A stretch of DNA of 64,000 nt from Moniliella sp. 'wahieum' (Eukaryota), in NCBI GenBank assembly GCA_003971905.1, contig RSEE01000091.1:62001-126000 (forward strand), written 5' to 3'. Positions 52,767 to 64,000 of the stretch are shown piece by piece. Under the pieces are notes generated by a model. It saw nothing but the letters and a program-made list of their open reading frames with translations, did not search any database and was not told where the DNA came from. The position numbers and the translations under genes are program-made. Numbering within the stretch: the stretch's first letter is position 1; the number at the start of each line of letters is the position of its first letter.

Positions 52767-54738
52767 CAGTTAACCCTTCTTTTCTGTCTGGTCACTAGGT
52801 CTCTCTGTGGAGATTGTGGGGAGGGTAGCAATGCCACTCCATTGCGATCCCTATCTTTCTTCCACTTTGGCCTTTCGAGGATCTGACTGATCGGTACCCG
52901 TACAACTATATCTTTTCCGCCTTGACGACGAGGGCCTGTATTTCCCTCCTGACTGAGTATTGGGGACTTCCAATACCACACTTCACATTGTCCTTCCAAA
53001 ATCCATCTCAGTGACGAAACCAGCCTCTGGAGCTTATCCTCTCAAATTGCTCCTGCCATTTGCACTTTTTCATCGCGAGAACACATGAGTGGGGGAAGGG
53101 GGGTAATGTTGTGTGCATATGTTGCTCCTTTTCCCTCTCCTACACTTTTCCGTGCCAACACGTGACGAAGACCATCCTGCCACGAAGAATCCATTTGACG
53201 CCTCTTACCACACGTCTCCCGCCACCCTCGTCCCCGATCTGTTTTTCCTTCCCTTCTCTTGTGTAGCTCGTTATAGATCCCCTCTTTGTCCGTCCCGGCA
53301 TGCGAACCATACCCCCATCCCGAGCTCTGGCAACCATCTCTACCGCTTTCTCACGTGCCACACTGGTCAGAGGGGGGAGAGAAGATCGCTCAGTAGGAAC
53401 CATCTTTGCCGTCATATAGGTACGGAATTCGGTTGTTCAATCTATAGTTGGGCCATCGTGGGCCACCATGGCTATCGCCTGCCGATGTTAGGACCTGCTC
53501 CGGTAAGGCATTGAATACGGGCAGTGCAAATTGGTGTTTTTGTTATAGGTTCCAAACTGGAGAAAAGGCATTGATTAGTAGTACCGATAGCAGGGCAAAG
53601 GTACTTGCAGACTATATGCTGTGGTGGCGGTCCGAGCTACGTACTGTGCTGCCCAATGAAGGGATCAGCAGTAGCGCGCCATCCATGAAGACGCCCGTCG
53701 GTGCCAGGACCACACTGGCGCGCGTCGCCGCAGCCGCGATTGTCCCCACTCCAGTTACACCACATAGGATAACCCGGCCACAGAAAGAAAACCGGTGAGA
53801 AGTATAGAATGCAAAAGCCAATATAGGCGAAGTGACCAGTTCAGGCCTCCTCAGAGTTATATAGTGTACCTGTTACAGTTGGGCCTAGGGCAAGGGAGAC
53901 CAGAGTCAAGATTAGATCAAGGGATGTAGCAATCGTTCGTAGGGAGAAGAAGCAAGAACAGAGGAAATGGTGTTAAAAGTGGAAGAAACAGGGAAATTGC
54001 GAGACACCCGGGACGAAGAACAAATTGTATGCAATGGGAGCGAGATCATCCGAACTACGACAGTACCGTAGCATAAAAACGTGCTGGGCGGAACGCGCCG
54101 ATAGGCGACCAATCGAACTGTGGACCGTGGTTGTAGCGCTTGGTGAGAGCACGTGGGCCTACAGGTGAGAGGTCAGAGCAACACTACGTCTGGACGGCCC
54201 CGAGTTCAAATGCTGCACCATATGGACAGGTATAGCATTATTGGAATACTTGCGGCACGTGGCGGAGGGCTCGTCGGAGGACAAGTGAGGCGATCAGTGG
54301 GACATAGACGTATGATTTTTTGCATGTTTGGCCATGTCCGCCCTGTTCAACAGACCCAAAAGCAAAACTCCCTCTGTTGATCGCGGTCGAAAGTATCGGG
54401 GCGCACACACGCCGTCTGTAGTCCACCTCATAGTAAGCATTATCGTTTTGTGAGCGCACACCCTGAACCCCCAGTCCGATTTCCATTCCCAGCTTTGTCA
54501 TGAACTGGTCGTAAACCCCGCTTGGGATGGAGCCTTGGCAAAGTCATCCTCGGATCCAAGCATCGTTGTTCTGTAACGCGCGTAATAGTTGTAAGGGCTA
54601 AATCCACCAGAGAATACGGTGTGTCTGTCAGGAGAGGCCATCATGCAATGTGGCACCACAGACGCAAGACGCGTCCGTAGAGTGACCTTCGAGATGCACG
54701 TTCATCATCCGTGTGCTGCTTGTTAGCACTGACCTCGC

Positions 54739-55023
54739 TTAAAGAACCAGGGGAATCGCTAGGAGATCAGGACCATCTGGTGCCCGCCATCCGTTCCCGT
54801 ACCCTCCTAGAAAGCGCGTGTGGATAGGATGGACGTAGTAGGGCGATGGCAGTTTGTTAGACGGAGGGATAGGGCGTGTACATCCATCTTTTACTTCATA
54901 GTCCCGGTGGGCGTGGCGGGCTGCCAGTGTGACAGCCCCGTTATACCCAGCATCGTTATCTTCGGTCCCACCCGACGGAACCGAGTTATCAGTGGGGGCC
55001 CCATCACGAGTGCGGGAAGGCAA
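54739..55023 (-). CDS. Small hypothetical protein, copy B of a two-member family
   Basis: DAGYNGAVT...HAH...HTRFLGGYGNGWRAPDGPDLLAIPLVL is homologous to 28741-29160; start uncertain. Confidence 0.45.
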   Translation of the reverse strand: MPSRTRDGAPTDNSVPSGGTEDNDAGYNGAVTLAARHAHRDYEVKDGCTRPIPPSNKLPSPYYVHPIHTRFLGGYGNGWRAPDGPDLLAIPLVL

Positions 55024-57530
55024 CCCAGGGGGTAAGCTTCAAGGACTCACATTTGGTGTCGGGAAGTGTCACGCTCGGTCCAGTGTTGTGGCCTCCATTC
55101 GATATGTTCTCAGACTCGTAGCCCTTTTGGTGTCGAGGGGATCCTAAACAGTACCAGTATATCGGGCGTCGCTCGGGGTGTCGCGTATTGGCCTCGTACG
55201 GCCAGGCCACTGTGGCCAGGGCGGAATAATAGGGCGGCGGTGACGCGCGGGGGGGGAGGGTTAACAGATAACATTCGGATAGAGGGCCAGAGGGAACTCC
55301 ACTGCAGCAATGACTTGTGGCTCCGTCTTTGGGCCTCGGTACCGGGGCGGGGAACAGGGGTCCTGTTATATTAGCGAAACACGTGCGTCATGGCAACAAC
55401 GCGAACTTGACGCGCATGTCAAAGCTTTAGTCACATGTCACATGTCACACCGCAGCAGACGACAGCTGTGTAGCTTCACACTCATACGTTCATTGATATA
55501 TCGAGTCCAAATATCTGATCGCCGTCCGGTGGCCTGCGGCCTAAGGCCTGAGGGCCGTACCTGAGTACCCTGAGTGCTGAGGTTCAGCAGGACCAGGTAG
55601 TACCTCAGTACACCGCCACTAGTCACTTGTGGGCATTCGCCTTACGTATGTCCATGACTCTCCGTTTAATACACCCGTATGTACGCCGCCACCCCCTCTG
55701 TGGAAAGGCGCGGTACAATTTATGTAGAAACAATCAGAATTGCTTGGCGTTCTCTGCTAGAGTGCCACTTGGGAGCACTCGCGATCCTACCTAAGAATCA
55801 GCTGCAAAGCAGCCTTCAGATCTCAGACAAGGTGTGAAGGCAACGTGGCGAGCCACAATTCTTCAAGCAACGTTTGAAGAGAAGGAGACAGGAGAGAGAG
55901 GAGGAAGACCGCGCGAGCAGGCTGGGGGTTGTGCAGCCTGCGAGTGGAAGGTTCACATGTTGGTACGTCCGTGTTGTTGTGCGAGGCGGCCTCGTTCCGC
56001 CTCTGCTCCGCTCCTGCTGTTGCGCCTCCAGGATGCCTAAACCCTGATTGCACACACACCACCACCTCCTCCCTTGCCTTGCTCGCCTGCCACTGCCACA
56101 GGTGTTCGCATGATTAGCAAGATTCATGAGCATGATTGATGCATAACACAAAAGCTCGCATGCCACAAGGTCTCCTCAACTATAGACAGAAGCCAGTCTC
56201 TCACTCAGTCAGATAGTACGGACAGCCATTTGTGGGGATGTTTCATCATTGCAGCGTATTCCTTGGTGTGCCGGACAAAACCGTGGTCTAACGCAGCCTC
56301 CTCTCACCCAGTCAGACATGGATAGTGGGAGGCATTATGCATTTACATGTTACACATGTTACGCGTTACGTGTTACATCATATGTTACAGTAGGCGTTTC
56401 CTGTTTTACAGTCACTGGACCTGCCTCCGGCTTTCTCACCCACGCCCCCCCCCCCGGTTCAGTGCCGATGTTGGCGTGCACGTAGATCCACGCACTATAA
56501 ATAAGGGTAACCGTGGTATATCATGGGCCAAAATGCTGCGGTGCTTCTGCCATGTGGTCAACACGCAACGATTTGAGAAGCAGTCAGGAAATGGCTGCAG
56601 ATGTTCAAAACGCCCGACGGCAGACGCTGTGGTTTTGCCACTACTCTGGCCTGAGTACTGAGTCTTATAGGCCTTGTACAATACCAGCCCTCAGACCTGA
56701 GGAACTCAGTAACTCGTACTCAGTATTCCATACCGCCACGTGGGAAGAAAAAAGGGAGGCTGCGGATCGACAATCGGCACCGACAGCCAATAGTCGACAA
56801 TCGATAAGCGCTAAGCCTTAGCGCTAAGCGCTAATAAGGCCTCCCAGCGATGCGCTACAACAGGCTCAACCAGGGACTGGGTTACAGTGCGTACTCGGCA
56901 CGCTGAGTGCTATTTCCGCGCCCCTGCCCCCACAGCGCAGGCTCTTGTTCCTGAGATGGCAGACGCCTTTAAATATTCCCCGGCAGGGCGGCTGTGTCGA
57001 CCGCCAAGATACGTATATATTTGCCCCGTAACGCGTAATACCAGCCCTTCCGCCCCGTCCTTCCGGTGCGTCCCTCCGCATCCGCGAAGGACCCTGGCAG
57101 CCGCGCCGCCCCGTGCAGAGCACTGCGCTAGTGCGCGGCTGCGGATCCTCGGGTGCTCCGGTGGAGACTGCCCCAGTGCTCCTTCGCGCCGCCTTGCCAA
57201 GACCAGGGGCTGCGGCAGTGCGCGCATCCTCGCCAGCCGGTACTCGGTACTCGGCACGCGGCACTCGGCACGCGGCTACTCAGTCCTCAGGACGTCGGTA
57301 CTCGTACTCACCGGTCTCCGGCCCTTGGAGATGGCCGCTCTTCGTTGGTTCGCGAGGGCACAAGTTGTACATCCTGCGCGTACAGCTCGTTTCCGCAGCC
57401 GTTCTTGCGAAAAATTCAATCCTCCCTTGTGATGCTCGCATCGGAGGAGACCGTGGGACTAGCCGGCCCTCTCGCGATGTATATATAGCCGTACCGTTGC
57501 TGCTCAGCTGTCTTGCTCACCCACCCCCCA

Positions 57531-59336
57531 ATGCGCCTCCCTTTGTCCGTCGTCTTGGCCTACATTGCCGCGAGCGCTCTGGTGGGCGCCTTGCCCATGG
57601 GGCAGGAGCAAGCTAGCAAGCCCCAGCCGCTCAAGCGTCTGAGCCTGCCCTTGTACCATCAATCCTCCCGTCCTTATGCAAACCGCAAGCGTGACTCTCT
57701 CACCGCACGCGAGGCTGCCGCCCGCTTCGAGGCCGAGGTCGCGTACCTAGAGGCCAAGTATCAGAAACGCAACTCTACCCCATCTGCCGCTGCTCGTGCC
57801 GATCAGGGCGCCCCTGACCTCCTTTCCAAGCGTCAGCGTGTTGCGCTGACCGATCTCGCACTGGACGCGTTCTACTACGCCCCCGTGAGCATTGGTACCC
57901 CTCCTCAGACTATGAAACTCATACTTGACACGGGAAGCTCCGATCTGTGGTTTATCAGCGACCAGTGCACCTCCGAATCATGTGCGCCCTACCCAAAGTT
58001 TGTTACAGCCGATTCCAAGACACTACGGTATTCGGACCAACCTTGGGAGGATTCGTATGGCATAGGCGACGCTCAGGGTCTCTCGTCTCGGATCGGGTCG
58101 AAATGGCTGGAGCGGTTGTCGAATCTCTTTCTTTTGGTGTTGCATCTGAGCTTACCCAGAGTCCCTTCATCCCGCCTGTTTCAGGCATCATGGGCATGGG
58201 TCTTCCCGGATTGAGTACCATGGGCATCACTCCGTTCTGGATGGTGCTCGCCGATTTGCACTCTATCACACCGTCCTTTTCGTTCCAAATGGCACGGAAC
58301 CCGGATGCTAAGAACGTCACCGACGAGGCACCCGGCGGCATTTTTACCTTGGGTGAGATTGACTCTAGCCAGTATTCTGGCGACATCAACTGGATCAACA
58401 CGGTGGAAAATACTCGTTGGGGTATCCCCCTGGATGCAGTCACGCTGAATGGGAGTACTGCTCCTTTGCAACAGTCGTGGGCGCTCATGGACTCAGGTGC
58501 GTTTATCCCAGTCAGTTCTCTTCCAAGTGCTGACCTTTTGTTCGCTTGACTCTCTGTCAAAAGGAACAACTTTGATCAGCGTACCACCTCAGGTGGCATT
58601 AGCGGTGTATAACTCCATCCCTGGGTCAACTACGCAAGGTGGTGATGGTTCGTCGTCGTCGTCGTCGTCATCCCAGAAGTACTTCTACCCTTGTGATACC
58701 CAAGTGGAGCTCTCATTCACCTTGGGAGGTAAGGTATACCCTATTGATCCCGCTGATTTCAACCACGGTCCGGCCAACGACGAAGGTACGATGTGCTATG
58801 GTGGCGTTTTTGCGGGGCCTAGTCTTGGTGATGACTCGCCCGATTTCATCCTGGGAGATGCGTTTCTCAAGTCGTACTTTACTGCCTTCCAGTTGGGTCC
58901 GCAAGGTCCTCAAGTTGGGATTGCGTCGCTTAAAACCAGTACGACGGCCCAGACTATGCCGCAAACTGCAACGTTCGTCTCCAACACCCAAGTTGCTACA
59001 TCTCTTTGGGATATCACCACCGATATTTTCGAAACGACCGAGCCGGTAACAGGCGCTGGGATTGATTGGGCCACCGCCCTTTTCTCAGCCCCTGTTGCGT
59101 CTGGGACGGGGGGAGTAGAGACGGCGACTTACATGGGGTACAGCGGTGATGGCCCTCTCACTGCTGCAGGTGGTGCTACGGTTACGGAGAGCGCCGTGAG
59201 CGCGGCTACCGGCAGTGCCAGTGCGCAAGCTGCTGGGTCGTCGGCCAAGAAATCCAGCGCTGGTGGGGGATTGCGCGCCAATGGTCTTGCTCTCTCGCTC
59301 GTTGGAAGTCTGCTCGCCGGCGCTCTGCTCATGTGA
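57531..59336 (+). CDS. Secreted A1 (pepsin-family) aspartic protease, probably GPI-anchored
   Basis: Signal peptide; KR propeptide sites; SIGTPPQ..LILDTGSSDLW; second catalytic motif MDSG, intron ~58497-58563, TT; ILGDAFLK; Ser/Thr-rich linker and hydrophobic C-terminus. TATA at ~57480; frameshift ~58080. Confidence 0.93.
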
Positions 59337-59592
59337 AAAGAGCAAAACAACGCGTTACACGCCTTGCTGCAACAAGTTCTCAACAGTTCGATGCCTTTTT
59401 CTTTACTTTCCTCAACAGTTCGGTGCCGTTTTCTTTACTTGATTCTTGCCTGTTCTTCGCTTGCTGCTTCATCATCGACATGTGACCCCTTACTGTCCGG
59501 GGGAATTGATTTCCTCTCATGTGGCTACTATGCACAGATCATTGCACTATACAAACGAGTATGCACTCGGCAATCAGGGACTTTGCTGTATC

Positions 59593-59730
59593 TGTAGCGA
59601 CCCGTAGAACTGAGGCAATGACTTAGTAGGAGAAACTTAGTATCTAAAGCGCACACTGGCCAACGAGGAATTGCCAAGTAACGAGGTATATGTAAGCAAA
59701 AGTAAGGAAATGAGAAGGAAAGGTGGTGGC
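59593..59730 (-). mobile_element. LTR end fragment related to the 16-17 kb LTRs, in inverted orientation
   Basis: TGTAGCGAC...TAGTATCTAAA...CAACGAG...AAGTAACGAGGT aligns with the reverse complement of 16992-17100 (TGTAGCGAC...TAGTCTCTAAA...CAGCGAG...AAGTAACGAAGT). Confidence 0.55.
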
Positions 59731-59804
59731 GAAGGGGGCAGTAGTAGAAACAGCGGGATCGGAGAATACCGGCACCAGCACCAGCCCAGCACCAGCACCA
59801 GCAC

Positions 59805-60890
59805 CTGACGATGGACCACGTTACCCAACTCCGCCGATCCCTTGGTTACGACGCGATTTTGGTGGCGGTGAATCGGTTCATCAAAACGGGTCACTTCATT
59901 CCCGCTCAAACGACCGATACCGTCACAGCTCGCACCCCAGTTTGTACACCATGTCTCTTTCGCTACCACAGGTCCTTCTCTGACATCTGGTGACTAATTG
60001 GGGACCGACCTTCATGAGCCACACGTCTGGAAAGCCTTGCGTGTCGACTTGGGTATCAAGCCGAGCCTCAAGGGCCGCTTATCACCCTCAGACGGACGGC
60101 TAGACTGAGCACCTCAACCAGATCTTCAAAGAGTACCTCTGCTGTTACCTCGACGAGCAGCAGTCCAATTGGTTCGACCTCCTCCCCACGGCCGAATATG
60201 CCTACAACTTGTCCTCTCACTCTAGCACCCACCAGTCCCCTTTTGACCTTACTTATGGGTATTCCCGCCGGGGGGGAGTTGAAGCCCGCCCCTCCGCTCG
60301 TGCCCCCGACGCTGTGCGTCGTACCTTGAAGGTTTGCGTTCGTCCCAGGTGGTGGCCCGCCGGACGCTCGCGCAGCGAGTGAAGAACGCTACAAGCACTA
60401 TGCCGACCAGCAGCGCATTGACGGAGGCGGCGCCCTTCACTACTGGCAAGCCTGTCTTGGTCCGCCGGGACGGGTATGTGTCTAACCAGCGACCCTTTGA
60501 CGGTCTCCACTATCGCTACCTCGGCCCCTTCCCATTGTCCGCGCTGTGGACCGCCGCGTACCAGGTCCGCCTAGTTCCCGACTATCTACACTGCCATGAC
60601 ATGTCTCATGTGTCCTGCTTCCGTGCCTACACTCCTGGTGACATATGGTACCTACCCGCTTAGTTGAGTCCTCGTTTCCTCTCCCCCAATATGCTGACAA
60701 TGATGCGGTTCAAAATGAGATCGAACACGTCCAGTCGACGATCGCTGCAAAAGCTGTGAAGGTCGCATTGAGTACTTCGTTCACATCTGTGGCTATCCCG
60801 TCCACGAGCGGGAGTGGGTAAGTACCCGCCGAGGGCATGTCTCATGACGCCAAGCCGGTGGTCCGTTTCCATGCCCTTTATGTGACGGCG
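59805..60890 (+). mobile_element. Ty3/gypsy chromovirus relic: integrase plus chromodomain, pseudogenised
   Basis: TMDHVTQL..SLGYDAILVAVNRFIKTGHFIP; AYHPQTDG*TEHLNQIFKEYLCCY...W..LLPTAEYAYN..HSST..SPF; YLGPF..AYQVRL..HDMSHVS; chromodomain-like EIEHV...EYFVHICGYP..EREWV...VVRFHALY. Stops and frameshifts throughout. Confidence 0.9.
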
Positions 60891-61679
60891 TGGCTGGCTT
60901 CCCACACGGAGCAGGCTGCGGCAGGGAGACCTTGCCTGCCCATCGGAGACGGGACTCACCGGAGGACTGAACGCGTTTCAGACCCAAAGTCCAAGGCTCA
61001 CTGGCGTGAACGTAGGAGGGCGGTGAGTGATGCTTTGCTAGTCCACGTCGAGCAGAGCCTGAGCAACGGTCTGCAAGCCGAGGTTGCGCGTGTGGGAGCT
61101 GGATGGGAAAGCGGGGAGCTTCGATGGGCGAGGGAGGGCGAGCGAACTGGTCAGAAGGTGTTTCTTCTAGAAGTGGAGTGTCTACAAGAAGGGTGAAGGG
61201 GAAAGAATGGTCGGCGGCTTGCGGACTTGTATGAGGCGGATGTCCCTTCACCAGACATAGTGGGTTAAATTCAACAATGAAACAGTCCATATTATCTCGT
61301 TGTTGCAGTACACCACTTTGCTCAGCCAGTGCCAGCCTCAGCTCATGGATCCAGACTCTTCGCTGATCGACTCGGCGTTCATTGCCCACGACGAACACAC
61401 TTCCATGATCACTTTAGGTTTTAAAACTGCACGTCCCATAGGCACACTACTGTCCCCCTACGGACTAATATGCGGGTTAGCGGTGACAGACACGGGCGCA
61501 ACTGTAATTAACAACTCGGAGTGGTAATTGTTTATTATCTATCGAGTTGTCCAGCAGAATACCTCCCCACACTGGCCACCCTTCGTGTTGAATTATCTAG
61601 AGCAGCGGGTTTAAGGTACTACGTTTGAACTGTGCGTTGATACCTATTGGTTGGTGTATGAATTCCTGCTGAGATATCC

Positions 61680-61830
61680 TCCATGATCAGTGCTAAAGCG
61701 CACATGCCTTTCATTATTGGCACATATGTACGCCCCTTATGTACAAGATGCTGCAGGGGAACCTGATTCGGTTGGACTTGATCTTGTAGAAAATGTATGG
61801 AATGTCCGGAGGTTTCAAAGAAACAAAGGC
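61680..61830 (+). mobile_element. Possible Tc1/mariner transposase relic
   Basis: PDSVGLDLVENVWN resembles the DDE motif PxSPDLNPIENVW; lies in a lower-GC gene-free tract. Confidence 0.25.
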
Positions 61831-64000
61831 ATGACACATTATCTCTACAGCATGTTACTCTGCAATCCAAGACCACTATGGTTCAGCAATTCGCGTGGCT
61901 TGTACTTTTGGCCAAGGTCAGCGGTCAGTTTCTGAGCTCTAAGAGGCTCATTGATTTCTGATTTTTGGTTTTACGGCTTCGGGATAAACAGCCCCGGTGT
62001 CAACTAGTTGTGTTATGTGGCCCTGCATGTGTTTCTCGTTCTTAGGCTACACTACCACCGCAAGGGCGACTGCATCTTTCTAATGATACTGGGTTCAATA
62101 TGAGGTCTCGTTTTGTCGTCCACTAATCCATAGTTCATTCTTCCGTCGCATATGTTACCGTGCAAGCAGGTGATATTACTTCAAAATGGTCACTCCTCTG
62201 GGGCAACAGCTTTGTTTTCTGGATTCACGACGACAGAACTCCTAATCGCAAGGGAAATGCAGAAGTTGTTGTCCTTCACGATCATCATGCTATCCTCTTC
62301 CGAACTCCGATTTATGCCTTTGTACAAGATTTGTCGCTGATGAGAGCGTAATGTAGCGAAGCTATATGGAAACACTAGAGTCCCAACATTTCATCGCATG
62401 GCACAGGGTTGGACTACATTACACTGCACGATTCCAATGCAGCCCATTACAAGGTGTGAGTCATTGACTAGAAGAGGAATCCCAGACGTGAACGACTGCT
62501 ATATGATTGGAAGTGGGCATTGAACCCTTTTTTGACATTGGGTTCATATGACGGGCCTTGGTCACCTGATTAGTTACAATGGGGTGGGAGGGGGCATATT
62601 ATCGGTCAAGGCATGAAGAACAAGCGTCTATCCCATTTCTGTGGCTATTCTTTGGGTCATGCCGTACAGTTTGTGCATAGATCTTTAGACCACTAGCAGT
62701 TGACAATTAGGCGGGTGTTCGCTGACACTAGCATCCAGATGATTTCTTAACGCACCGCTGCTGGTATTATATCCCCCGGTGTACACATCACGCTCACGGA
62801 AACAAGCCCAGTTCTATCAGGACTGTAGTCGAGGCAAAGAATGAAAGGAAACGGGGAAATGTGGATCGATGTTGGTAGTCACAGCAATTTCCCAGGATCA
62901 TAAAACTGGTCCACTTGTACATCACGCTGTGAAATCTCCCGCGCCTGCTAAAATAGTAGCCACAGTTTCACGATTGAACGTAAAAGTACATAACTCACCA
63001 TATGTATTCCATCAACCACAGGATGCGGCCTTACTCATTCACCTAAGGGGGCGCCCCACCCATCCTACGTTGTTCTTGCATTTCCCCTCCGGTTACATTT
63101 ATCTTTCGCTTGTCTACTACCTCCGCTACTTCATACTCTCCTTGCTCTAGTTTGAACGCGAATATTCAACGATTGATTTTCAACCAACAAGGCGAACGAA
63201 AGTGAATGACTAATGTGCCGGACACCTAGTGGTGGACCATCTCGATACAAACACGCCGTTCCTTTTCTGCGCCGCGCTCGGGCATATCACAATCTCCACC
63301 GGTGTAACCACTGATGATAACCAATTTTGGCATATTTTAAGAGTGTCTCTCAGGATATGGTCTGGTAATCTTCCCAATGATCTTAGGTCTGTTAATCCAT
63401 AATCCATGCCACTACCCCTTGTCAGATGCTTTCTCTTCATGACATGTATGTCAGATCGTACGTGTTATAGATGGAGTGCACAAGCTGACGTCGGTTCTAC
63501 CACTCCCCTGACGACGGCCAAAACTGGGATTGAGTGCCATGCTTGTATTAATGGTCCAAAGACGATATCAATCCCCGTCTGTCCTAAACAGAAGTTAAGT
63601 GAGGTGCTCGAAAACCAATCTAGATCTCCTTGATGAGTATTTGGTCGTCAGGGACATCCAAGCGTATTTGGACGCTCGCAGCTGTATTCAACCACATCGC
63701 TATGATCAACCCTTGTATAAACCGTGGTAGGCCAACTATAGCAGCATGATGAGTGGCTAACAGGATCTGCAAAAGAGGATGAGACGATTCGAAAAAGTCG
63801 AATAAGCGACACACCAATGAATGTGGCTGAGAAAGCCTTGGAAATGAAGGTGGGGGTAGAGAGGTATGGAGCGAGTTAGACTAGGAGTCGAGATAGCACA
63901 AAGACGGGTAGTGAGTCAGGAGGCTTTTGAAGCCATGAAAACGTGGGAGAACCTCCGGAGACAAGCCGCCACAGTCGCGGTTGAGCTCTTTACATCTCAT

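Noticed and set aside
53000..54700. Short ORFs in the tract after the CBS/PB1 gene
   Set aside because: No recognisable product or consistent exon chain
63210..63440. LGRLPDHILRDTLKIC resembling an F-box start
   Set aside because: Only a short LP-xx-IL match with no supporting downstream domain

Overview
Eukaryotic, GC-rich fungal genomic DNA. GT-AG introns with CTAAC/CTGAC branch sites and the protein sequences point to a basidiomycete, possibly smut-like; that placement is inference. About 16 protein-coding genes can be read: COG2, an Aa_trans permease, COX9, a short Sla1-like protein, importin-beta KAP95, a Pac2-type WOPR transcription factor, an orphan ORF, a PHD+TFIIS_M protein, calcineurin B, EF-1alpha, an M13 peptidase, a CAMKK/ELM kinase, a DHDPS-family aldolase, UBC13, a CBS+PB1 protein and a GPI-type aspartic protease. 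There is also a tRNA-Ala(AGC), a degraded RCF2-like gene and several retrotransposon relics. Nearly every long gene, including essential ones, has 1-nt frameshifts, most likely long-read assembly errors, so CDS boundaries are approximate. The most unusual signals are: (i) two dispersed homologous orphan mini-ORFs with a conserved C-terminal motif; (ii) many sequence-unrelated 7-bp tandem arrays in non-coding DNA; (iii) a ~1.06-kb mini LTR element with a Tf1-like self-priming PBS, plus a related inverted LTR end next to a chromovirus integrase relic; (iv) domain-reduced Sla1-like and Bye1-like genes. I cannot support a clearly novel multi-gene system.
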